In this document: positions 1 through 8,305 of the stretch, piece by piece
Numbering within the stretch: the first letter of the stretch is position 1
Layout: the number at the start of each line of letters is the position of its first letter
Assembly: GCA_903915535.1 (NCBI GenBank)
Contig: CAIWTJ010000204.1
Location: 37,863 to 101,862 of the forward strand
Length of the DNA stretch: 64,000 nucleotides
From: Enhydrobacter aerosaccus
GTDB taxonomy: Bacteria > Pseudomonadota > Alphaproteobacteria > Reyranellales > Reyranellaceae
Reading direction: 5' to 3'
Notes under the pieces: model-generated
Databases searched by the model: none
What the model was told of the DNA's origin: nothing
Seen by the model: the letters and a program-made list of their open reading frames with translations, nothing else
Position numbers and translations under genes: made by a program

Positions 1-364
1 TGCCGCCGGTATGGCCGAGGCCGCGCCCGGAAATCATCGGCACGAAGCCGCCGCAGGCCGCCACGATCGGCGCCAGCATCAGGCTGACCTTGTCACCGAC
101 GCCGCCGCTCGAATGCTTGTCGATCACCGGGCCCGGCAGGCCGAGATCGCTCCAGTCGAGCGTGATCCCGGAATTCACGAGGCCGAGCGTCATGGCCACC
201 CGCTCGGCCGTGGTCATCCCCTGGAAGAAGACCGCCATGGCAAAGGCCGCGACCTGGCCCTCACTCAGGCTGTTGTCGTTGATGCGATGCGCAATGAAGG
301 AGATCTCCTCGGACGAAAGCTCGCCGCCGTCGCGCTTCTTGCGGATGATTTCCTGCGGCAGCAT
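1..364 (-). CDS. deoA: thymidine phosphorylase, N-terminal part (gene continues beyond window start)
   Basis: Not in the ORF track because no stop lies in the window. Reverse-strand translation from the ATG at 364 gives [23 protein letters not shown]...[40 protein letters not shown]. This is colinear with the E. coli DeoA N-terminus, including the GGVGD and [10 protein letters not shown] motifs. It starts 4 nt after the PNP stop. Confidence 0.85.
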   Translation of the reverse strand, partial: MLPQEIIRKKRDGGELSSEEISFIAHRINDNSLSEGQVAAFAMAVFFQGMTTAERVAMTLGLVNSGITLDWSDLGLPGPVIDKHSSGGVGDKVSLMLAPIVAACGGFVPMISGRGLGHTGG

Positions 365-367
365 GGG

Positions 368-1129
368 CTAGTAACGCTCGAGGAAAGCGCGCAGCACCCG
401 GCAGACCCTTCCCGATGCCTCGGAGGCGACGGCCAGCGTCTGCTCGTGGCCGAGCGTATCGCCGCCCAGGCCGGCGGCATAGTTGGTCATCAGCGAAAGG
501 CCCACGACCTTCATTCCCGCGTGACGCGCCAGGATGGTTTCGGGCGCCGTCGACATTCCGACGGCGTCGGCCCCCAGCACGCGCGCCGCCCGGATCTCGG
601 CCGGTGTCTCGAAGCTCGGGCCGCTGAACCAGATGTACACGCCTTCGTGGCAAGGCACGTCCTCGTCCTTGGCGACGGCCAGCAGCTTCTTCAGCAGTTC
701 CGGATCGTAGGCGCCGATCATGTCGACGAAGCGGCCGCGCACGGTGCCGAACAGCGGGTTCACGCCGGTAAAATTGATGTGGTCGGAGATCGCCATCAGC
801 GAACCCGGTGGCATGTCCATGCGCAGGCTGCCGGCCGCATTGGTCTGAAGCACCGTCTCACACCCCATGGCGGCCAGGGCGCGGATCGCGCCCGCCATCA
901 CATCAACCTTGCCGTTCTCGTAGTAATGCGCGCGGCCCTGCATGACAGCCACCGGTGTCGGCCCGACATGGCCGAGCAGCAGATTGCCTGCGTGGCCTTG
1001 CACGCTGGTCTGCGGGAAATCCGGCAGCTCGCTGTAGGGAACTACTTTGAGCGTCTTCACCTCTGCTACGAATTCGCCCAGGCCCGTGCCCAGAACGACC
1101 GCGACCTTCGGCTTGAATCCGTCGATCAT
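368..1129 (-). CDS. purine nucleoside phosphorylase (trimeric PunA/XapA type)
   Basis: ORF 368..1129 (253 aa). Motifs VVLGTGLG, GRAHYYENG and VGMSTAPE are typical of the PNP/MTAP family. The ATG overlaps the cdd stop. Confidence 0.85.
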   Translation of the reverse strand: MIDGFKPKVAVVLGTGLGEFVAEVKTLKVVPYSELPDFPQTSVQGHAGNLLLGHVGPTPVAVMQGRAHYYENGKVDVMAGAIRALAAMGCETVLQTNAAGSLRMDMPPGSLMAISDHINFTGVNPLFGTVRGRFVDMIGAYDPELLKKLLAVAKDEDVPCHEGVYIWFSGPSFETPAEIRAARVLGADAVGMSTAPETILARHAGMKVVGLSLMTNYAAGLGGDTLGHEQTLAVASEASGRVCRVLRAFLERY

Positions 1130-1536
1130 GATTTCTCGATATGGCTCGGGCCGAACGACATCGGCAGCAACTGACCCAGCGTCACGGTGCGATGAAGACC
1201 GTCAGGACCGCAGAGATGGATCCTGAGATCGTCCGACGCGAACTCGCGCAGCTTCTGGCGGCAGCCGCCGCAGGGCGTGATCACTTCCGGTCCCGGGCCG
1301 GCCACGGCGCATTCGAGCACTCGCTTGCCGCCGGCGCCGACCAGTGCCGCGATCGCCGCGGCCTCGGCGCACATGCCCTCCGGGAAGGCCGCGTTCTCGA
1401 CGTTGCAGCCGCCATGGATTGCGCCCGACTCGTCGCGCACGGCTGCGCCGACATGGAACCTGGAATATGGCGCATGGGCGCGCGTCATCATCTTCTGTGC
1501 GAGGCGTACGAGATCGTCCAGTTCGGAATGAGGCAT
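1126..1536 (-). CDS. cdd: cytidine deaminase
   Basis: Last 136 aa of ORF 1126..1992: APYSRFHVGAAV ... CAEAAAI ... PCGGCRQ zinc-ligand motifs. The internal ATG at 1536 overlaps the upstream permease stop (ATGA). The rest of the 288-aa ORF is an upstream read-through artefact. Confidence 0.9.
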   Translation of the reverse strand: MPHSELDDLVRLAQKMMTRAHAPYSRFHVGAAVRDESGAIHGGCNVENAAFPEGMCAEAAAIAALVGAGGKRVLECAVAGPGPEVITPCGGCRQKLREFASDDLRIHLCGPDGLHRTVTLGQLLPMSFGPSHIEKS

Positions 1537-2459
1537 CAGTGCTCTTTCGTGTAAGGAACGCCGATCGCCTTGGGAGCGACCGCGCGACCGATGAAGCCGG
1601 CCAGCAGGAACATGGTGAGAAGATACGGCAAGGCCTGGAACAATTGCACCGGCACTTCGCCGATGCCCGGAACCTTGAGACCCTGCAAACGAATGGCGAT
1701 GGCATCGAGCAACCCGAACATCAGGCAGGCTCCAAAGGCTGAAAACGGCCGCCACTTGCCGAAGATCAGGGCGGCCAGCGCGATGAAGCCCTGCCCCGCC
1801 GTCATGTCCCGCGTGAAACCGGCGTTCTGGGCGATGGCGATGTATGCGCCTGCGAGGCCGGCGAGCAGCCCGCACAGAAGCACCGCGCGATAGCGTAGCC
1901 CCGCGACCGAAATGCCCGCGGCATCGACCGCGAGCGGCAGCTCCCCCACGGCGCGCAGGCGCAGGCCAAAGCGCGTGCGCCCGACCAGCCACCAGGTGAA
2001 AGGCACCGACAGCAGGGCGACATATACGAGGATGCTGTCGCCGGCGTTCGGGAAGGCGAGCGGCATCAGGCGCTCATTTGCCGTGAGCGGCGGCGTGAGA
2101 CCGCCCTGCTTGAACCACGCATTGCCCAGCACGACTGTGAGACCGGCCGCCAGGATGTTGAGCGCCACGCCGCTCACCACCTGGTTGCCGCGATGGGTGA
2201 TGCAGGCAAAGCCATGCAATAACGCCAGCGCTTCCGCCGCGATCACGCCCGCGCCGACACCAGCCCAGGCCGAGCCGGTCGCCGACGCGGTTGCGGCAGC
2301 GAAGAAGGCCGCCATCAGCATCTTGCCTTCGAGGCCGACGTCGATGATGCCGCTCCTTTCCGAGAACAGCCCGCCCATGGCGCAAAGGATGAGCGGCGTC
2401 GCCACGCGCAAGGTCGCCGCCGACATCAGGAAGGCGATCGACAGGACCTCGTCCATCAT
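1536..2459 (-). CDS. ABC transporter permease (BMP/nucleoside-type, YufQ-like)
   Basis: 307-aa polytopic membrane ORF lying between an ABC permease and cdd. Coupled to both neighbours. Confidence 0.85.
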   Translation of the reverse strand: MMDEVLSIAFLMSAATLRVATPLILCAMGGLFSERSGIIDVGLEGKMLMAAFFAAATASATGSAWAGVGAGVIAAEALALLHGFACITHRGNQVVSGVALNILAAGLTVVLGNAWFKQGGLTPPLTANERLMPLAFPNAGDSILVYVALLSVPFTWWLVGRTRFGLRLRAVGELPLAVDAAGISVAGLRYRAVLLCGLLAGLAGAYIAIAQNAGFTRDMTAGQGFIALAALIFGKWRPFSAFGACLMFGLLDAIAIRLQGLKVPGIGEVPVQLFQALPYLLTMFLLAGFIGRAVAPKAIGVPYTKEH

Positions 2460-3520
2460 GCCCGCCGCGACAGGAGTGTCTGCAACCAGGGCCGCGGCAG
2501 ATGCTCCAGTGCGCCCGAGAACAGGATCACCAGCCCCTGGATCACCACGACCATCTCCCGGTTGATGCCGGGAAGATCGAACGACAGTTCCGCGCCGCCC
2601 TGCTGCAACGCGCCGAACAGCAGCGCCGCCAGTACCACGCCCAACGGATGATTGCGCCCCATCAAGGCGACGGCGATGCCCGCGAAGCCGTAGCCCGCCT
2701 GGAAGTCGAGCAGCACGCGGTGCTGCACGCCCAGCAGCTCATTGACGGCGACAAGCCCGGCCAATGCGCCCGAGAGACACATCGCAAGCATCGTCATGCG
2801 CTTGAGGTTGGTGCCTGCATAGATGGCGGCGGACGGACTGTGGCCCATCGTTCGCAGCGCATAGCCCCACGAGGTGTGCCAGAGGAACACCCAGACACCG
2901 ATGCAGCAGGCGAGCGCGAGCGCGATCGAGAGGTTGAGCGTCGAGCCCATCAGCACGGGCAAGGCAGCAGAGGCAGCAAAGGGTCGGCTCTGCGGCGTCA
3001 TCGAGCCGGGCGCGATCAGCACGTTGACCAGCAGGTAGACCATCAGTGCCGACGCCACGAAATTGAACATGATCGTGGTGATGACGATGTGGCTGCCGTG
3101 CCACGCCTGCAGCCATGCCGGGACTGCGGCCCATGCGGCGCCGAACAGCGCCGCGGCAACGATTGCCACGGGAATCAGGAGCCACGCAGGCAGGAACCGG
3201 TCGAACGCCAGGATGGCCAGGCCACAGCCCAGGCCACCGATATAGGCCTGGCCTTCGCCACCGATGTTGAACAGGCCGGCATGGAAGGCGACCGAGACGG
3301 CAAGGCCCGTGAAGATGAAGTTGGTTGCGTAGTAGAGCGTGTAGGCGATCGCGTCGGGCGATCCGACCGCGCCCGCGACCAGGAGCCTGAGCGCCTCGAC
3401 CGGATTGACGCCGATGATCGCGACGATGATTCCGACGACGATGAATGCGAGCGCGATGTTGATCAGCGGCAGCAGCACGATGTCGGCCCACACCGGCAGT
3501 GGGCGGCGCGTCGTGCTCAT
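2456..3520 (-). CDS. ABC transporter permease (BMP/nucleoside-type, YufP-like)
   Basis: ORF 2456..3676. Real start taken at MSTTRRPLPVW (ATG 3520), which overlaps the ATPase stop at 3517. The product is hydrophobic and polytopic. Confidence 0.85.
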   Translation of the reverse strand: MSTTRRPLPVWADIVLLPLINIALAFIVVGIIVAIIGVNPVEALRLLVAGAVGSPDAIAYTLYYATNFIFTGLAVSVAFHAGLFNIGGEGQAYIGGLGCGLAILAFDRFLPAWLLIPVAIVAAALFGAAWAAVPAWLQAWHGSHIVITTIMFNFVASALMVYLLVNVLIAPGSMTPQSRPFAASAALPVLMGSTLNLSIALALACCIGVWVFLWHTSWGYALRTMGHSPSAAIYAGTNLKRMTMLAMCLSGALAGLVAVNELLGVQHRVLLDFQAGYGFAGIAVALMGRNHPLGVVLAALLFGALQQGGAELSFDLPGINREMVVVIQGLVILFSGALEHLPRPWLQTLLSRRA

Positions 3521-5079
3521 GTAGCCTGCGCCCCGGCCATCATGAGGCCGAGTTGGCGCTCGTTGGCTGCAGCCGCGTCGACGTCGCCCACGATCCGGCC
3601 GGCAAACATCACCAGAATGCGATCGGCGAGCGACAGGATTTCCTCCAGCTCGACCGACACGACGAGCACGGCGCATCCGGCATCGCGGCTCTTCACCAGT
3701 TCGCGATGAATGAACTCGATCGCACCGATATCGACGCCGCGAGTCGGCTGGCCGACCAGCAGCACTTTGGGGGCCTGGTCCATCTCCCGCGCCAGCACCA
3801 GCTTCTGCTGGTTGCCGCCCGAGAAACTGGCCGAGTGCAGGCCAGGCGCGCGCGGGCGCACGTCGAAGCGCTGCATCAGCTCCGTGCAGTGCTTGCCGAC
3901 CGCGGGACCATCGAGCAGCCAGTGATTCGAAAACGGCTCGTCCTCGTGATAGCCCAGGATGGACGTCTCGCTGGCCCGAAAGTCGGCCACCATGCCCTGG
4001 CGCAGCCGGTCTTCCGGCACGTGCGCCAGGCCCAGCTCCCGCATTTCGGCGGGATCGACGGGATGCTCCGCGTCGATTGTGCGGCCGCAGACCTCGAGCC
4101 TGCCGCCCGTCGGTGCACGAATGCCTGCCAGCACCTGCAGAAGTTCGGTCTGGCCGTTGCCCGAGACGCCGGCGATGCCGACGATCTCACCCGCACGCAA
4201 CTCGAGGCCGATGTCTTCGAGCAGCCGCACGCCGCGTGCATCGACAAGCGACAGATGCTCGGCGCGCAGGACGACCTCGCCGCGGCGGGGCGGCGCCTTG
4301 TCCAGATGCGTCAGCACCTTGCGGCCGACCATCAGCTCGGCCAGCTCCTCGGGATTGGTGTCTGAGGTGGCCCGACCGGCGACGATCTCACCCTGACGCA
4401 TGACGTAGACGGCGTCCGTCGCGGCCATGATCTCACGCAATTTATGGGTGATCAGAACGACCGTGACCCCGTGCGCCTTGAGAGTCGCCAGGATACGAAA
4501 GAGCTGGTCGGCCTCCTGTGGCGTCAGCACAGCACTGGGTTCGTCGAGGATCAGGATGCGCGCGCCGCGAAAAAGCACCTTCAGGATCTCGACCCTCTGC
4601 TGTTCGCCCACCGAGAGATCCGCCACCAGCGCATCCGGATCGACCGTCAGCCCATATTCGCGGCTGAGCCGTCCCAGCTCGGCGCGTGCCGCCGCCAGTC
4701 CATTCGCCAGCAGCGCGCCGCCCTCCGCACCCAGCACCAGGTTCTCGAGCACCGTGAAACTGTCGATCAGCATGAAATGCTGATGCACCATGCCGATACC
4801 GTGGGCGATGGCGTCGCGCGGGCTGTCCATCTGCATGGCCGCGCCGCCGACCAGGATCTCGCCCGCGTCGGCGCGGTAGAGTCCGTAGAGGATGCTCATC
4901 AAGGTCGACTTGCCGGCGCCGTTCTCACCCACGATGCCCGTGACGCGCCCCGCCTCGATGCGCATCGACACATCGCGCACGGCGTGGACGCTGCCGAACG
5001 ACTTGTCGATTGACCTGAGTTCGATCGCCAGGTCGATTGAACTCCGTTCAATCGACGAGTCCGACGTCAGTACTTGCAC
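3517..5079 (-). CDS. ABC transporter ATP-binding protein, duplicated ATPase domains
   Basis: Walker A GENGAGKST in the first domain and a GVSGNGQTEL-type P-loop in the second, plus two LSVGEQQRV / FSGGNQQKL signature motifs. The start is uncertain. The GTG at 5079 is chosen because the ORF upstream of it overlaps the binding-protein gene. Confidence 0.8.
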   Translation of the reverse strand: MQVLTSDSSIERSSIDLAIELRSIDKSFGSVHAVRDVSMRIEAGRVTGIVGENGAGKSTLMSILYGLYRADAGEILVGGAAMQMDSPRDAIAHGIGMVHQHFMLIDSFTVLENLVLGAEGGALLANGLAAARAELGRLSREYGLTVDPDALVADLSVGEQQRVEILKVLFRGARILILDEPSAVLTPQEADQLFRILATLKAHGVTVVLITHKLREIMAATDAVYVMRQGEIVAGRATSDTNPEELAELMVGRKVLTHLDKAPPRRGEVVLRAEHLSLVDARGVRLLEDIGLELRAGEIVGIAGVSGNGQTELLQVLAGIRAPTGGRLEVCGRTIDAEHPVDPAEMRELGLAHVPEDRLRQGMVADFRASETSILGYHEDEPFSNHWLLDGPAVGKHCTELMQRFDVRPRAPGLHSASFSGGNQQKLVLAREMDQAPKVLLVGQPTRGVDIGAIEFIHRELVKSRDAGCAVLVVSVELEEILSLADRILVMFAGRIVGDVDAAAANERQLGLMMAGAQAT

Positions 5080-6071
5080 GTATTGTTGCTCATATAATCG
5101 TGGACGTTGATCTTGCCCGCGATGATGTCGGCCTTGGCCGCCTCGACCTTTGTCTTCATGTCGGCGGTGATCAGCTTCTCGTTGTACTCGTCGAGCGCCC
5201 AGTCGACGCCGCCTTCCTTGAGACCCAGCACCTGCGTGCCGCCCTTCCACGAGCCGTCATCGGCCGCCTTGAAGCTGCGATAGGCCGCGAGATCGACCCG
5301 CTTCAGCATGGAGGTGAGCATCGTGCCGGGATGGAGATAGTCCTGGTTGGAGTCGACGCCGATGCCCAGCTTGCCGCGATCCTTGGCGGCCTGGAGGATG
5401 CCGATGCCGGTGGAGCCTGCGGCGGCATAGACAACGTCGACACCGCGATCGAATTGGCCCTTGGCGAGTTCGGCACCGCGGCCGGGATCGTTCCACGCCG
5501 CCGGAGTCGTACCGGTCATGTTGGAAATCAGCTCGGCCTTGGGATTGGCGTACTTGATTCCCTGCTCGAAGCCGCACTGGAAGCGCCGCACCAGCGGAAT
5601 GTCCATGCCGCCCACGAAGCCGACCTTGCCGCTCTGCGACGCCATCGCCGCCAGCATGCCGACCAGGAACGACCCCTCCTGCTCCTTGAACACGATCGAC
5701 TGCACGTTGGGGAGGTCGACGACCGAGTCGATGATGGTGAAATGCAGGTTGGGGAATTCCTTGGCGACCTTGGCGAGCGCCACGGCCTGCGAGAAGCCGA
5801 CGGCGATGATCGGATCCTGGCCACGCTGGGCAAAACGCCGCTGGGCCTGCTCGAACTGCGTCTCGTTGGCCGGCTCGAACTCCGCCACCGCGCTCGAGGT
5901 CTCTTTCTTGAACTTCTCGACGCCGGTGCTCACACCCTCGTTGAAGGATTTATCGAACTTGCCGCCCGTACTGTAGATGACCGCCGGCTTGATCGCGGTC
6001 TGTGCGCTCGCAAAAGGCGCCATGGCCGCAACGGACAGCAACGCCGTGAACGGCACGATCCACTTTTTCAT
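5067..6071 (-). CDS. BMP-family (Med/PnrA-like) ABC substrate-binding protein, probable nucleoside binding
   Basis: 334 aa. Signal peptide MKKWIVPFTALLSVAAMAPFASA, then AVIYSTGGKFDKSFNEG typical of the BMP family. First gene of the operon. Confidence 0.9.
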   Translation of the reverse strand: MKKWIVPFTALLSVAAMAPFASAQTAIKPAVIYSTGGKFDKSFNEGVSTGVEKFKKETSSAVAEFEPANETQFEQAQRRFAQRGQDPIIAVGFSQAVALAKVAKEFPNLHFTIIDSVVDLPNVQSIVFKEQEGSFLVGMLAAMASQSGKVGFVGGMDIPLVRRFQCGFEQGIKYANPKAELISNMTGTTPAAWNDPGRGAELAKGQFDRGVDVVYAAAGSTGIGILQAAKDRGKLGIGVDSNQDYLHPGTMLTSMLKRVDLAAYRSFKAADDGSWKGGTQVLGLKEGGVDWALDEYNEKLITADMKTKVEAAKADIIAGKINVHDYMSNNTCKY

Positions 6072-6191
6072 TTAGGTCCCCTCTGACGTGAGACAAGTGT
6101 GGACCGGCCCGCGTTGGCGGTCTAGGCGGGTTATGCGGCATGGGACTTGCAGTCCCCAACGCTTGAAGGGCCGCCTTCCAGGAGAACGACC

Positions 6192-7637
6192 ATGGCCGAT
6201 TACGAGCTTGTGATCCGCAACACCACCATCGCCACGGCATCGGACGTCGTGAAGGGCGACATCGGTATTTCCGGCGGCCGAGTGATCGCGCTCGGCGAGC
6301 GCCTCGACAAAGGCCAGCGCGAGATCGACGCGACGGATTTGATCGCCGTGCCGGGCGGCATCGATGCCCACGTCCATTTCGACCAGGACACGGCCGACGG
6401 CTCGGTCTTCTGCGACGATTTCGAGAGCGGCAGCCGCGCCGCCGCCGCCGGCGGCACCACGACGATCATTCCCTTCGCCTACCAGAGCAAGGGACAGTCG
6501 TTGCGAGATGCCGTGAACAAGTATCACGCGCGCGCCAACGACAAGTCGCTGATCGACTACGCCTTCCACGTGATCCTGTCCGATCCCGCCGAGAAGACCA
6601 TGGGCCAGGATTTCCCCGCGCTCGTGGCCGCAGGCTACACTTCGTACAAGATCTACATGACCTACGACGACGTGAAGCTTAGCGACCGGCAGATGCTGGA
6701 TGCGCTGGCCGCCGCGCGCCGCGATCAGGCCATGCTGATGATCCATGCCGAGAACTCCGACTGCATCGAATGGATCACCGAGCGGCTCGAATGGAAGGGC
6801 ATGACGGCCGCCAAGTTCCACGCCACCTCGCGGCCCTTCGTGGTCGAGCGCGAAGCCACGCACCGCGCGATCTCGCTCGCCGAACTGCTCGACGTGCCGA
6901 TGCTGCTGGTGCACGTGTCGGCCAAGGAGGCTATGCACGAGATCCAGCGCGCCCAGGCGCGCGGCCTCAAGGTCTACGGCGAGACCTGCCCGCAATATCT
7001 TTTCCTGAGCGAAGAGGATTTCGAGAAGCCGGGCGACGAGGGCAGCAAGTGCGTCTGCTCGCCGCCGCCGCGCGGCACCGACAACCAGGAACACATCTGG
7101 ACCGGCCTGTCGGCCAACACGTTCCAGGTGCTGTCGTCGGATCACGCCGCGTTCAAGTACGACGACGTGCGCGGCAAGAAGCTGCCCGGCGCCGACAAGA
7201 GCTTCCGCAAGATTCCCAACGGCGTACCCGGCGTGGAGACGCGCCTGCCGCTGCTCTTCTCCGAGGGCGTGAACAAGGGCCGCCTCACCCTGCAGCAGTT
7301 CGTGGCGCTGGCCTCGACAAACGCGGCCAAGATCTACGGGCTGCATCCGCGCAAGGGCACGATCGCCGTCGGCTCCGATGCCGACATCGTGCTGTGGGAT
7401 CCGAAGAAGAAGGTGTTCCTCACCAACTCCATTCTCCATCACAATTGCGACTACACGCCCTACGAAGGCCGCGAGCTCACGGGCTATCCGGTGATGACGC
7501 TGTCGCGCGGGCAGGTCGTGATGGATCAGGGCCGCATGAGCGGCTCGGCCGGCCGCGGCGTCTTCCAGAAGTGCGACCGTCCCGAGCCCGCGCGGCCGCG
7601 CGGCAAGCCGCTCATTGACCCGTCGATCTTCAACTAG
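6192..7637 (+). CDS. dihydropyrimidinase / D-hydantoinase (cyclic amidohydrolase)
   Basis: ORF 6147..7637, start taken at MADYELVIRN. GGIDAHVHFDQ metal HxH motif, YKIYMTY (carboxylated-Lys region), 481 aa. Confidence 0.85.
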   Translation: MADYELVIRNTTIATASDVVKGDIGISGGRVIALGERLDKGQREIDATDLIAVPGGIDAHVHFDQDTADGSVFCDDFESGSRAAAAGGTTTIIPFAYQSKGQSLRDAVNKYHARANDKSLIDYAFHVILSDPAEKTMGQDFPALVAAGYTSYKIYMTYDDVKLSDRQMLDALAAARRDQAMLMIHAENSDCIEWITERLEWKGMTAAKFHATSRPFVVEREATHRAISLAELLDVPMLLVHVSAKEAMHEIQRAQARGLKVYGETCPQYLFLSEEDFEKPGDEGSKCVCSPPPRGTDNQEHIWTGLSANTFQVLSSDHAAFKYDDVRGKKLPGADKSFRKIPNGVPGVETRLPLLFSEGVNKGRLTLQQFVALASTNAAKIYGLHPRKGTIAVGSDADIVLWDPKKKVFLTNSILHHNCDYTPYEGRELTGYPVMTLSRGQVVMDQGRMSGSAGRGVFQKCDRPEPARPRGKPLIDPSIFN

Positions 7638-8305
7638 TTGGCGGGCTTGTACTGCTCCATGAAGGCCAGCACCTCGGCCACCGGGAGCACGTCGGCGTAT
7701 TTGAGGCTCATGTCGTAGAGGTTCGCGAAGTGCGGGCTCTCGTGCTTGTCCGCGACGCACTCCTCCGGGACGATCGTGCGGAAGCTGCGCGAGAGGCTGT
7801 CGACGACGGTCGCGCGCACGCAGCCCGAGGTCGAGCCGCCGGTCACGACCACCGTGTCGACGCGATGGAAGGTGAAGAGCGAGCCGAGATTGGTCTCGAA
7901 GAAGGCCGAGGCCATGCGCTTGTTGATCACGATGTCGCGCGGATCGATCTCGCAGCGGTCATCCAGCTCGGCACGGCGTGAACCCACCTTCACGTTCTGC
8001 AGCGAATCGGGCGTATTCGAACGCGTGCCCCAGACGCCGCAATCCTCGCCCGACTCGAGATAGGCCACGTGCGTCCAGATCACCGGGCAGCCGTGCGCAC
8101 GGAACAGGCGGGCGAGCGCATTGACGTACTCGATCTGGCGCGGATCGGTCTCGTAGGCGGTCACGAATTCCGCTGGCCGCGTGTAGGCATTCTGGAGATC
8201 GACGTTGACCAGCGCAGGCTTGCGGCCGAAACCGAAGCGCCGGCGGTTCGGATTGGCCTGCACTTCGCGAAACAGTTCGCGCGCGGATTTGTTCGAGCTT
8301 TCCAT
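7634..8305 (-). CDS. isochorismatase-family cysteine hydrolase (N-carbamoylsarcosine amidase / RutB-like)
   Basis: 223 aa. VVVTGGSTSGCVRATVVD nucleophile-Cys motif of the isochorismatase fold. The ATG overlaps the stop of the upstream oxidoreductase by 1 nt. Confidence 0.8.
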   Translation of the reverse strand: MESSNKSARELFREVQANPNRRRFGFGRKPALVNVDLQNAYTRPAEFVTAYETDPRQIEYVNALARLFRAHGCPVIWTHVAYLESGEDCGVWGTRSNTPDSLQNVKVGSRRAELDDRCEIDPRDIVINKRMASAFFETNLGSLFTFHRVDTVVVTGGSTSGCVRATVVDSLSRSFRTIVPEECVADKHESPHFANLYDMSLKYADVLPVAEVLAFMEQYKPAN

